A DNA stretch of 64,000 nt from the NCBI GenBank assembly GCA_016180645.1, contig JACPAV010000002.1, positions 62,001 to 126,000 on the forward strand, written 5' to 3'. Shown here piece by piece: positions 37,668 through 46,328 of the stretch; the stretch's first letter is position 1, and the number at the start of each line of letters is the position of its first letter. The position numbers and the translations under genes are program-made. Under the pieces are notes generated by a model. That model saw nothing but the letters and a program-made list of their open reading frames with translations, did no database searches and had not been told where the DNA came from. The DNA is from Nitrospirota bacterium. Its GTDB lineage: Bacteria; JACPQY01.

Positions 37668-38489
37668 ATGTACAAAGACTACTGGGGTTTCAAGTTCTAC
37701 CCCTTTGAGAACGTGGTGGACCCGAAACTGTTCTTCCGGTCCAGCGTGCATCAAGAAGCCCTCATCCGGATCATGTATGCCATCAAGAACAACAAAGGCA
37801 TCGGAGTCCTTTCCGGCGAGGTGGGGAGCGGCAAGACCACGATTATCAGCTACGTGTGCGCCCTGATCGCCCGCTACGGGTACCAGATCATCAATTTTGA
37901 GGCACCCCTCTTCAGACGATGGGAATTCTACAAGGAGGTCGTCAATCAATTCGGGGCGGCGGTCCCGGTGGCGGCCGGCGGAAACGTCAGCCAGGTGGCC
38001 ATCATCGAGCAACTGCGGGATATCCTCCTGCGCCAAGTCCGCAACGGCGCGGGATCCGTCGTCTTCATCGATGAGATTCAGCTCGTGGAGGACGAAGGCG
38101 TCTTCGAAGAGATTCGGCTGCTCTCCAACTTGGTCTCGAACGGCCGGAACCTCGTCACGCAGATTCTCGTCGGACAGCCCCAGGTTCTCAAAAAGCTCGA
38201 GAGCATGCCCAATTTCCAGCAGCGCGTCGCCATTAACTACCATCTCACGCCGCTCAGTCACGGCGAAACGCTTCGCTACGTCCTCCACCGCATTGAGAAG
38301 GCCGGTGGCAAGGAAGAAATTCTGGACAAGCCTTGTTATGACCTGATCTTCCAGTACTCCCAGGGTCTCCCGCGCGTCATCAATACGCTGTGCGACCTCT
38401 CGTTGCTGGTCGCCGCGGGGGTGAAGGCGAAAAGCGTGGCCCCCGAGGTGGTGGACAAGATCGCATTCGACCAGGGGTTCAGGAAGTAG
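37668..38489 (+). CDS. ExeA/GspA-type AAA ATPase
   Basis: MYKDYWGF..PF, GEVGSGKTT, FIDEIQ, RLLSNL, ILVGQP and GLPRVINTLCD. Upstream GTG 37551 is also in frame. Confidence 0.92.
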   Translation: MYKDYWGFKFYPFENVVDPKLFFRSSVHQEALIRIMYAIKNNKGIGVLSGEVGSGKTTIISYVCALIARYGYQIINFEAPLFRRWEFYKEVVNQFGAAVPVAAGGNVSQVAIIEQLRDILLRQVRNGAGSVVFIDEIQLVEDEGVFEEIRLLSNLVSNGRNLVTQILVGQPQVLKKLESMPNFQQRVAINYHLTPLSHGETLRYVLHRIEKAGGKEEILDKPCYDLIFQYSQGLPRVINTLCDLSLLVAAGVKAKSVAPEVVDKIAFDQGFRK

Positions 38490-39722
38490 ATGGTCTCGAA
38501 GGACATCCCCTTGGACGCCGACTTGGAAGAACGGCCCTCCGCTCCCGGCGAGGGCCTTCGCTTCAGCGAGTTTTTCGAAGATCCCTTCGCGCAGATGAAG
38601 GAGATGCCGCCCAAGCCGGCCCCCCCCGCCGACCTTCGTCATGCTCCCCCCCCCCGACGGGACTCCAAGGTCCTCCCCTTCGAGGAGGTGGCGGAGGCGA
38701 AACCCGAAAAAGACGAAAAAGCCAAGGGGGACGAGGCGGCGGAGATGAAGATCGCGCAGATTACGGTCGCCAAGCAGTACCAGTCTCTCCGCAAGCAGCT
38801 CCACCGATTCTTCCAGGAAGTGGAGGAGAAGGGCGCAATCGTGGACATGGATGGCATCATCGCTCCGCTCACGGAAATTATGGCTCACCTCCAAGATCAC
38901 GAGGACTTCTATGTATACAGGGTCTTCTCCGTCTCCAAGGGGGACTACGAGGCCGACCCCCTGCTGTATCACTCGATTGACGTGAGTCTCCTCTCGGCAG
39001 TTCTGGCCTCTAGCCTGGGTTTTGCCTCCGCCGCCCAGATGCTCGAAATCGCCCTGAGCGCAATTCTGGCGGATGTGGGCATGTTGATTACGTGCAAGGA
39101 TCTCTGGTCCAAAACTGAAACCCTGACCGAAGAGGACCTGTCCAGACTGCATGAACATCCCATCGCCAGCTTCAAGCTCTTGAAACCCGTCAAGGGGCGC
39201 TTCCATTTTCTGGATCTCGTGGTCCTTCAAATTCACGAGCGGGAAGATGGAAGCGGGTATCCCAACCGCCTCACGTCGGCGCAAATCCATCCGTTCGCCA
39301 AGATCATCGGTCTGTGCGATATGGTCGAAAGCCTTACACATCCCCGCAGTTGGCGCGATGCGCACACGCCCTATGACATGGTGAAAATCCTGCTGGCCGA
39401 GGGAAGGAAGTTGTTCGATCCCAAGATTCTCAAGCGGTTCCTGCAGCGGATCACGCCCTTCCCACCGGGAACCCTCGTCCAACTCAACACCGGAGAGTTC
39501 GGCCACGTCATCCGGGTGAACCGCGACAATCCGCTCAGACCCGTCATTCACATCGGAGGAACCAAGCGCGGTGACGCCGGAATCGATCTCAAGAAATCCC
39601 CGTTGCTCTACGTCGTCAAATCGTTCAAGCCGGGAGAACCCCTGCCGGCCGCCAAACCCGCCGCTACCGCGGCGCCAGGATCTGATGTCGATTCATCTCG
39701 CCGTCCCCGGAGCATTGCGTAG
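38490..39722 (+). CDS. HD-GYP domain protein with degenerate HD motif
   Basis: YHSIDV, LADVG (canonical LHDIG), HEHP, IHEREDGSGYP and PFPPGTLVQLNTGE. Confidence 0.88.
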   Translation: MVSKDIPLDADLEERPSAPGEGLRFSEFFEDPFAQMKEMPPKPAPPADLRHAPPPRRDSKVLPFEEVAEAKPEKDEKAKGDEAAEMKIAQITVAKQYQSLRKQLHRFFQEVEEKGAIVDMDGIIAPLTEIMAHLQDHEDFYVYRVFSVSKGDYEADPLLYHSIDVSLLSAVLASSLGFASAAQMLEIALSAILADVGMLITCKDLWSKTETLTEEDLSRLHEHPIASFKLLKPVKGRFHFLDLVVLQIHEREDGSGYPNRLTSAQIHPFAKIIGLCDMVESLTHPRSWRDAHTPYDMVKILLAEGRKLFDPKILKRFLQRITPFPPGTLVQLNTGEFGHVIRVNRDNPLRPVIHIGGTKRGDAGIDLKKSPLLYVVKSFKPGEPLPAAKPAATAAPGSDVDSSRRPRSIA

Positions 39723-39849
39723 GGGGCGGCGCCAGGATCTCATGTTGATTCATCTCGCCGTCCCCGAAGCGAAGCGGAGTGGGGCGGCGCCAGGATCTCA
39801 TGTTGATTCATCTCGCCGTCCCCGAAGCGAAGCGGAGTGGGACGGCGCC
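39671..39849. repeat. Three tandem 57-58 bp hairpin-containing repeats
   Basis: Units start at 39671, 39728 and 39786 (partial at 39844): GGCGCCAGGATCTCATGTTGATTCATCTCGCCGTCCCCGAAGCGAAGCGGAGTGGGGC. Confidence 0.9.
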
Positions 39850-39898
39850 CTGATGTTTCAGCAAGGATGCACTCTTCGTCCATGCAAGGAGGTGGGAA

Positions 39899-42415
39899 AT
39901 GACTGAATATCCCCGATTGCGCATGATGCTCGCCGCGCTCCTTTTTGCGGCGTGCGCGAAACAACCGCTGATCAAAAAAGACGCCCCCGGATGGTCCCTC
40001 GTGCGGGGCATTTTCGAGACGAACGGTTTCTTCCGCGATGTGGCCGTCGGCGACGTCAACAACGATGGGTATCTGGACGTCATCGGAGGCAACTCCAAGG
40101 TGGGAGGCATCAACGTTTGGCTGAGCTCGGCGGAGGGATCCCGCCTGGACCTCTCCATGCTGATTCGGAAGAATCTGCTCGTGGACACGATTGAGATCGG
40201 CGATGTGAATAGCGATGGTTGGAACGACATCGTCGCCTCCCCCAGCGGCCGAGGGATCGAGGTCCTCCTCAACGGTCGGGACGGAACCTGGTATTCCGCC
40301 GGGATGCTGGCCCAAGGCGGTTCGTATTCCACCCTTCGAATGACGGACCTGAATGGCGACGGCGCGGTGGACCTTGTGGGATGCAACTTCCAATATCGCG
40401 ACCAAATCGCCGGGATCCAGGTGTGGTTGAATACCGGCAAGGGCAAGTTCGATACGGACACGGGCCCTCGCTCGGAAGGCCAGTGCCGAGATGTCATCGT
40501 CACCGACTTCGATGGAGACAACAAGCCGGACATCGTCGCCGCCTTCTGGGGCCCCACAAGCTCCGTGCGAATCTGGCGAGGAGACGGTCGAGGGGGCTGG
40601 TGGGCCTACCCCATGTCCCCCCAAATGAAGCAAGGCATCTGGAGTGTTGGGGTGGCCGACGTGGACAAGGACGGACTTAAGGATCTCCTCGTGGCGCTGT
40701 ATCCCAACAGGGGCGTCTCCGTGATCCGCAACAAAGGGGAGGACGGCTGGGAGAAACCCAAGCCGATCTTCAAACGGGGCAATTTCTGGAAGATCTGGGT
40801 CGGCGACCTCAATGGCAACGGCCAGCTGGACTTGGTGGGGGCCTCGCACACCGGAGCCGGCATGCAATGGTGGCAACAGGATGGATCGTGGCAGATTCAG
40901 GATGTCGGGCTTCCCATTCGAGGTGATTATTACGGCTTCCGGGTCGGCGATCTCAACGGCGATGGAACACCTGAGATCGTCGCCGCTTCCTACGGCGAAG
41001 GTATCCGCCTCTGGTCCACGGGGAACGCCGGAAAGCTTTTCGGTAGCGCGAAAACCGGAATACTCCCGGTGGGCACGACCCCTCTGGAATTGGATTCGAC
41101 GTCGGAAACCGGCAATTATCGCCGGGCGCCCCTCGAGACGACCATCGTCATCTACTTCGACCATTCCCAAATCGCCCTTTCGGCCCAGGCCAAATCCGCG
41201 CTCGAATACGTCGTGGCCTTCATCAAGAAACATCCGGGCGCCACGGTCGAATTGGTGGGCCACGCCGAGCCGGACGCGCAACTCCCACCCGCGATTGAGA
41301 ACTTGGAGAAACTCTCGCGGATCCGCGCCGAGTCCGTTGGAGATTATCTGTCCGAGCTGGGGGTGAACAAGAGCCTCATCACCTTCAGCGCGCTGGGCGA
41401 AACCGCTCCCCTCTCCCCCGTCCCAGAGGCCAATCGAGCTGTGGAAGTGGTCATCAAGCTGCCCGAAGCCGAGCTGCCACAGTCGGCGTCTCAGGCAGCC
41501 GCCGGAACCGAGATCCCGCCGCCACCGCGGTTTGTCGAAGAAAGGCCGTATGTCATCGGGCCGGGGGACGTTCTGGCGATCACACTTTGGCAGAGAGGCA
41601 AACCCGAAGCCTATGTCGTGAATGTCCGGTCCGATGGAACCATCTCCTTCCTTTTTCTTCGGGATGTCATGATCGCAGGCAATAGTGTGAAGGACGCCAT
41701 CGCCGCCCTCGAAAACGAATTGAAGCGATACTACAAGGAGCCGCTGGTCGATGTCGTCGTCAAAGAGTTCAACAGCCAGCGGGTTCTCGTGATCGGCGCC
41801 ATCGGAGGAACGACTGCTGCCGCGGGATCACGCGTCGTGCCGCTCTCCAAGCCCACCCGCATCGTGGAGGTAATCGCCGCCGCCGGGGGGCCGAACATCG
41901 ATGCGGATCTGAAAAACGTCTCCATCGCCAATCCGCAGGGGCAGACGCAGTACATCAACATGTTCCGGGTTCTCTTCGAAGGCGACCAATCCCAGAACAT
42001 CTACGTGTCGCCCGGAGAGGTCGTCTTCGTCCCCTCCCTGCAGCAGTCGGTCAACCGCATCTACGTATTCGGCGAAGTCCTGCAACCCGGCGCCTTTCCT
42101 CTTCGCGACGGGGCCACCATTCTGGATGTGATCGCGGATGCAGGGGGCTACTCCCTCCAAGCCAAAATCAGCGGCGTGGGAATCCTCAGGCCCGGCCTGG
42201 AGCGACCTGAAATTCTCACCGTCAACCTTGAACGATTGGTCAAGAAGGGAGACAGCACCCAGAATATTCCGATTCAAAACCGCGACATCATCTACGTGCC
42301 CCGACACGCCATCTACACGATCAACCAATGGGTGGCCGCGTACACTCAGTTGGCGGGAAGCGTCTTGCTTCCCTTGAACTTGGTGACCCAGATCAACGCC
42401 CTTCAGAAGCAGTGA
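39899..42415 (+). CDS. Lipoprotein fusion: FG-GAP/VCBS repeats + OmpA-like domain + Wza-type polysaccharide export and SLBB domains
   Basis: Lipobox FAAC; about 7 GDxNxDGxxD repeats; IYFD..VGHAE..LSRIRAESV..NRAVEV; YVIGPGDVL, VRSDGTI and IYVFGEVLQPG. Confidence 0.88.
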   Translation: MTEYPRLRMMLAALLFAACAKQPLIKKDAPGWSLVRGIFETNGFFRDVAVGDVNNDGYLDVIGGNSKVGGINVWLSSAEGSRLDLSMLIRKNLLVDTIEIGDVNSDGWNDIVASPSGRGIEVLLNGRDGTWYSAGMLAQGGSYSTLRMTDLNGDGAVDLVGCNFQYRDQIAGIQVWLNTGKGKFDTDTGPRSEGQCRDVIVTDFDGDNKPDIVAAFWGPTSSVRIWRGDGRGGWWAYPMSPQMKQGIWSVGVADVDKDGLKDLLVALYPNRGVSVIRNKGEDGWEKPKPIFKRGNFWKIWVGDLNGNGQLDLVGASHTGAGMQWWQQDGSWQIQDVGLPIRGDYYGFRVGDLNGDGTPEIVAASYGEGIRLWSTGNAGKLFGSAKTGILPVGTTPLELDSTSETGNYRRAPLETTIVIYFDHSQIALSAQAKSALEYVVAFIKKHPGATVELVGHAEPDAQLPPAIENLEKLSRIRAESVGDYLSELGVNKSLITFSALGETAPLSPVPEANRAVEVVIKLPEAELPQSASQAAAGTEIPPPPRFVEERPYVIGPGDVLAITLWQRGKPEAYVVNVRSDGTISFLFLRDVMIAGNSVKDAIAALENELKRYYKEPLVDVVVKEFNSQRVLVIGAIGGTTAAAGSRVVPLSKPTRIVEVIAAAGGPNIDADLKNVSIANPQGQTQYINMFRVLFEGDQSQNIYVSPGEVVFVPSLQQSVNRIYVFGEVLQPGAFPLRDGATILDVIADAGGYSLQAKISGVGILRPGLERPEILTVNLERLVKKGDSTQNIPIQNRDIIYVPRHAIYTINQWVAAYTQLAGSVLLPLNLVTQINALQKQ

Positions 42416-42428
42416 GAGGAGAGCCCGG

Positions 42429-42611
42429 ATGCAGAGACTGAGCCCTTTCGTTCTTTACCTCGGAATCGTGAGCACCCTCGCCGGCGGAATCCTGAGGGTG
42501 GGGGAGGCGCATATCCACGGTGTTGGGCCCAAGTCATTCGCCGCCTTGGCCGGGCTCTGCTTCCTCTACTCGATCGCCGCGTCTCTCCTGCCGAAGAAAT
42601 CGGATTCATGA
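42429..42611 (+). CDS. Small two-TM membrane protein
   Basis: GAGGAG RBS; two hydrophobic segments; ATGA overlap with the next gene. Confidence 0.65.
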   Translation: MQRLSPFVLYLGIVSTLAGGILRVGEAHIHGVGPKSFAALAGLCFLYSIAASLLPKKSDS

Positions 42612-43063
42612 ATACGGGTGCCACGCGCTCGGCCCTCCACGACGAGCTGGCCCGGGACCATCTGGTGTCCACTTTGAAGGCGGGGAGGCCCGTGTCGTTC
42701 CGCGTCCGGGGCGGCAGCATGGAGCCTTGGATCCACGATGGAGACATCGTGGAAGTCGAGCCCGATTCGGTTCTCGAAAAGGGAGACGTGGCCCTGGTGG
42801 AAGATGCGCGAATCCTTCGGGTTCATCGCGTCATTGACGCCGGGACGGACGGGATTCGAACGGCCGGCGACCGCCTCAAGAGAGCCGATCCTCCGGCGGC
42901 GTGGAAGCGGGTCCTGGGCCGGGTGAAACGCGTAACGAGAAACGGTCGAACGGTCCACCTGGCGCTCCACCCGGCCATCGGTCGCGTGTGGGCGGCCCTC
43001 TTTCCACTTCGACCCCGCCTGTTTCCCATCCTGCGCACAATCAAGCGTCTTGCCCAAGCCTAG
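42608..43063 (+). CDS. S24/S26-family peptidase (Ser-His type)
   Basis: VRGGSMEPWIHDGD, LRVHRVI, TAGD and VLGRV. Confidence 0.82.
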   Translation: MNTGATRSALHDELARDHLVSTLKAGRPVSFRVRGGSMEPWIHDGDIVEVEPDSVLEKGDVALVEDARILRVHRVIDAGTDGIRTAGDRLKRADPPAAWKRVLGRVKRVTRNGRTVHLALHPAIGRVWAALFPLRPRLFPILRTIKRLAQA

Positions 43064-43201
43064 TGCGGCGTTGAATATGTCCTGCAAGAGATCCCTGACT
43101 TACGCGCCGCACGGTAGCCCCGCTCTCAACCCGTGATACTCAATAAAGGCGGGGCGTATGTACCTTGTTGCCGGAGCATCACTCGCTCCTGATCGACTCC
43201 A

Positions 43202-43777
43202 ATGCCAATGCAACATGGTGCTAAGATTCTGAATTGGCCGAACGTCGTCACGTTCTGCAGGATCCTGTCCATCCCGGCGATCCTCTATCTGACGTGGCTC
43301 GACACCACCTCCACCTGCTTTCTGGGCGCCCTGCTCTTCACCATCGCCTCGTTCTCCGATCTCCTGGATGGATGGCTGGCGCGTCGTCTGGGACAGGTCA
43401 GCCCCATGGGGAAGCTCGTCGACCCGCTCGCGGACAAGCTGCTCATCATGACGTGCCTTATCCTTCTGGTGTCCGTGGAGGACCGACTGAATCCCTGGAT
43501 GGCCATGGTTATCGTGGGACGGGAACTTGCCGTGACGACTCTTCGCGGTGTGGCCACCACCCAAGGCGTGGTTATCGCGGCTTCAAGCACCGGAAAGCGA
43601 AAAACACTTTTTCAGAACATTGCTACGGGCCTGCTGATTCTCGATCGGCCCTATTTCGGGCTTCGGGCGCACGACGTGGGTATGGTCTTCATGTGGATTG
43701 CGCTCGTCTACACCGTCTGGTCGGGTTTCGACTACTTCCGAAAATATCTGCGCAGCGCGCTGGGGGAAACGCGCTGA
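43202..43777 (+). CDS. pgsA: CDP-diacylglycerol--glycerol-3-phosphate 3-phosphatidyltransferase
   Basis: NWPNVVT, SDLLDGWLARR, GKLVDPLADKLL and GRELAVT. Confidence 0.95.
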   Translation: MPMQHGAKILNWPNVVTFCRILSIPAILYLTWLDTTSTCFLGALLFTIASFSDLLDGWLARRLGQVSPMGKLVDPLADKLLIMTCLILLVSVEDRLNPWMAMVIVGRELAVTTLRGVATTQGVVIAASSTGKRKTLFQNIATGLLILDRPYFGLRAHDVGMVFMWIALVYTVWSGFDYFRKYLRSALGETR

Positions 43778-43792
43778 AGCGAAAGGAGCACT

Positions 43793-45271
43793 ATGTCCAA
43801 GTACGTTCTGGCCATTGATCAGGGCACCACCGGTACCACCGTCCTCCTGATCGGCAAAGATCTCCAAGTGTACGGACGGGGTTACAAGGAAATCCGCCAG
43901 ATCTACCCCCAACCGGGTTGGGTGGAGCACAATCCTTCCGATATCTGGGCCTCGGTTGGACAGGCCGTCCAAAAGGCCTTGGCCGATGCAAAAGCCAAAG
44001 GCAAGGACATCGCGGCCATCGGCATCACCAATCAGCGCGAGACATGCCTGTTCTGGGATCGAAAGGACGGTCGAACGCCCCACAATGCCATCGTCTGGCA
44101 ATGCCGAAGAACCTCCGAACGATGCGAGCGCCTGAAGTCCCTCGGCAAGGAGCCCCTCATTCAACAGCGCACCGGGCTGGTCATCGATCCCTACTTCTCC
44201 GCCACCAAGATCCAGTGGCTGATCGAAAACGTGAAGGTCGTTCGAAACAAGATCGCAGACGGCCAGTGGCTCGCGGGAACGATCGACAGCTTCCTCCTCT
44301 GGAAGTTGAGCGGAGGCAAGGTGCACGCAACCGACCCGAGCAACGCTTCCCGAACCAGCCTCATGAACCTGCGAACGTTGCGCTGGGAACCCGAACTGCT
44401 CGGGCTGTTCAACATTCCCTCGCACATCCTTCCGGACATCCGGCCCACATCCGATGTGTACGGAACAACAAAAGGTCTTTCCTACCTTCCGGACGGTATC
44501 CCGATCGGAGCGCTCGTGGGCGATCAGCAGGCTGCGCTCTTCGGCCAGATGTGCGTAAACCAGGGCGAGGCCAAGTGCACTTACGGAACCGGGGCTTTCC
44601 TGTTGATGAACACCGGACTTCAACCCGTGATTTCCCGTCACCGGCTTCTCTCCTCCGTGGCGTGGCAACGGGGAATGGACGTCTCCTACGCTCTCGAAGG
44701 AAGCGTTTTCGTTTCCGGCGCAGCCGTGCAATGGCTGCGGGACGGCCTGGGCTTCATCAAGAAATCCGAGGAAATCACTCCTCTCGCGCAAAGCGTGAAG
44801 GACAGCGGCGGTGTGGTGTTCATCCCTGCCTTCGTTGGACTCGGCGCGCCCTATTGGAAGTCAAGCGCCCGCGGCGCGCTGGTCGGACTGACGCGCGGCA
44901 CGACGCGCGGCCACATCGCGCGCGCCACTCTGGAGGCCATGGCCTTCCAGGTGTGCGACATCATGAAGACCACGGAGGAAGACTCCGGGGTGCGCGTCAC
45001 GTCCCTCAAGGTGGACGGCGGCGCCGCCCGAAATGATCTTCTCCTCCAATTTCAGGCCGATCTCCTCGAGGTAGAGGTGATCCGGCCGAAGGTGATCGAA
45101 ACGACGGCGCTGGGCGCCGCCCTGCTCGCCGGCTTGGCCGTGAACTTTTGGAAGAGCATCGGAGCGGTAAAGGACGCCTGGAAGGAAGAAAGACGCTTCC
45201 GGCCGAAGATGAAGCCCGAAGAGCGCGTCGTCCACCTCAAACGTTGGCGCGACGCCATCGCCAAGATATAA
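43793..45271 (+). CDS. glpK: Glycerol kinase
   Basis: AIDQGTTG, GITNQRET, DPYFSATK, GDQQAALFGQ, KCTYGTGAF and VDGGA. Confidence 0.97.
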   Translation: MSKYVLAIDQGTTGTTVLLIGKDLQVYGRGYKEIRQIYPQPGWVEHNPSDIWASVGQAVQKALADAKAKGKDIAAIGITNQRETCLFWDRKDGRTPHNAIVWQCRRTSERCERLKSLGKEPLIQQRTGLVIDPYFSATKIQWLIENVKVVRNKIADGQWLAGTIDSFLLWKLSGGKVHATDPSNASRTSLMNLRTLRWEPELLGLFNIPSHILPDIRPTSDVYGTTKGLSYLPDGIPIGALVGDQQAALFGQMCVNQGEAKCTYGTGAFLLMNTGLQPVISRHRLLSSVAWQRGMDVSYALEGSVFVSGAAVQWLRDGLGFIKKSEEITPLAQSVKDSGGVVFIPAFVGLGAPYWKSSARGALVGLTRGTTRGHIARATLEAMAFQVCDIMKTTEEDSGVRVTSLKVDGGAARNDLLLQFQADLLEVEVIRPKVIETTALGAALLAGLAVNFWKSIGAVKDAWKEERRFRPKMKPEERVVHLKRWRDAIAKI

Positions 45272-45323
45272 GCGCTCGCTCCCCTTTCCCATCCTTTGGG
45301 CCTATCCCAACACCCCCAAACAT

Positions 45324-45429
45324 GTAGGGGAGCATCTTCAGATGCTCCCTCTTCATGGAAGCAGCTAAAGCTGCTCCCCTACACGCTTACCCACCTCCCT
45401 CTCGCCGAGCGCGAAGGGATGGGGTGAGG
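45324..45429. repeat. REP doublet plus a second hairpin-type repeat
   Basis: GTAGGGGAGCATCTTCAGATGCTCCCTCTT (identical to the copy at 1529) then GGAAGCAGCTAAAGCTGCTCCCCTAC, followed by CCCACCTCCCTCTCGC...GGGATGGGGTGAGG. Confidence 0.78.
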
Positions 45430-45433
45430 ATTC

Positions 45434-46294
45434 GTGCAAATCCGCAAAGCTGTCATCCCCGCCGCCGGCGTCGGCACCCGTCTCCTCCCCGTGACCAAGG
45501 CCGTCCCGAAAGAACTCCTGCCCATCATCGATCGGCCCTCCATTCAGTATGTGATCCAGGAGGCCGTGGACTCCGGCATCCGCGAAATCGCTCTTGTGGT
45601 TTCCCCAGGGAAGGAGGCGCTCATCGACTACTTCCGCCCCTCTCCCCATCTGGAAAAGTGGCTTCGAAACAAGGGCAAGCCGGACCTTGCACGAGAACTG
45701 GAGCAGATCTCCCGCATGGTGAAGATCACAAAGATCGTTCAACGTGAACCGCTGGGGTTGGGCCACGCCGTCCTTTGCGCTGAAAGGTTCATTGGACGGG
45801 AGCCGTTCGCGGTTCTCCTGCCGGACGACATTTTCGACTCTACCCCCCCATGCCTGAAACAGATGATCCGCCGCTGGAAGAAAGTCCATGCGCCTCTCGT
45901 GGTCCTCGATCGGGTGGATCCGTTGAAAACGGCATCCTATGGGATCGTTCGCGGGCGTCTCGTTTCGAATAGGCTCATTCGCGTGGAGGATTTGGTCGAG
46001 AAACCCGGACCCAAGAATGCCCCATCGCGGCTGGCCGTCATCGGCCGGTACATCCTTACCCCAGCGATTTTCGACGCCCTACGGAAGACACGCCCCGGCT
46101 GGGGTGGCGAGATCCAGCTCACGGACGGGCTCCGATTTCTCGCCCGTACAGGCCCCTTTTACGGCCACATCTTCAGCGGTCGGCGGCTCGACATGGGCAG
46201 CCGCGCCGGCGTCGTCGAAGCCATCCTCCACTTCGCCCTCAAACGCAAAGATCTCAAAGCCTCCGTCCGACGCCTCCTGAACACCTCAAAGTAG
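45434..46294 (+). CDS. galU: UTP--glucose-1-phosphate uridylyltransferase
   Basis: KAVIPAAGVGTRLLPVTKAVPKELLP, LGLGHAV, LVEKP and GEIQLTD. Confidence 0.96.
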   Translation: MQIRKAVIPAAGVGTRLLPVTKAVPKELLPIIDRPSIQYVIQEAVDSGIREIALVVSPGKEALIDYFRPSPHLEKWLRNKGKPDLARELEQISRMVKITKIVQREPLGLGHAVLCAERFIGREPFAVLLPDDIFDSTPPCLKQMIRRWKKVHAPLVVLDRVDPLKTASYGIVRGRLVSNRLIRVEDLVEKPGPKNAPSRLAVIGRYILTPAIFDALRKTRPGWGGEIQLTDGLRFLARTGPFYGHIFSGRRLDMGSRAGVVEAILHFALKRKDLKASVRRLLNTSK

Positions 46295-46328
46295 CCCCGC
46301 CCCTCGAAAAAGGGTATACAAGCCGCCT

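Noticed and set aside
39671-39849. Possible CRISPR array
   Set aside because: Units are near-identical along their whole length with no unique spacers, and no cas genes are present.
37659-41281. Long minus-strand ORFs 37659-39551 and 39740-41281
   Set aside because: Antisense shadows of well-supported plus-strand genes.
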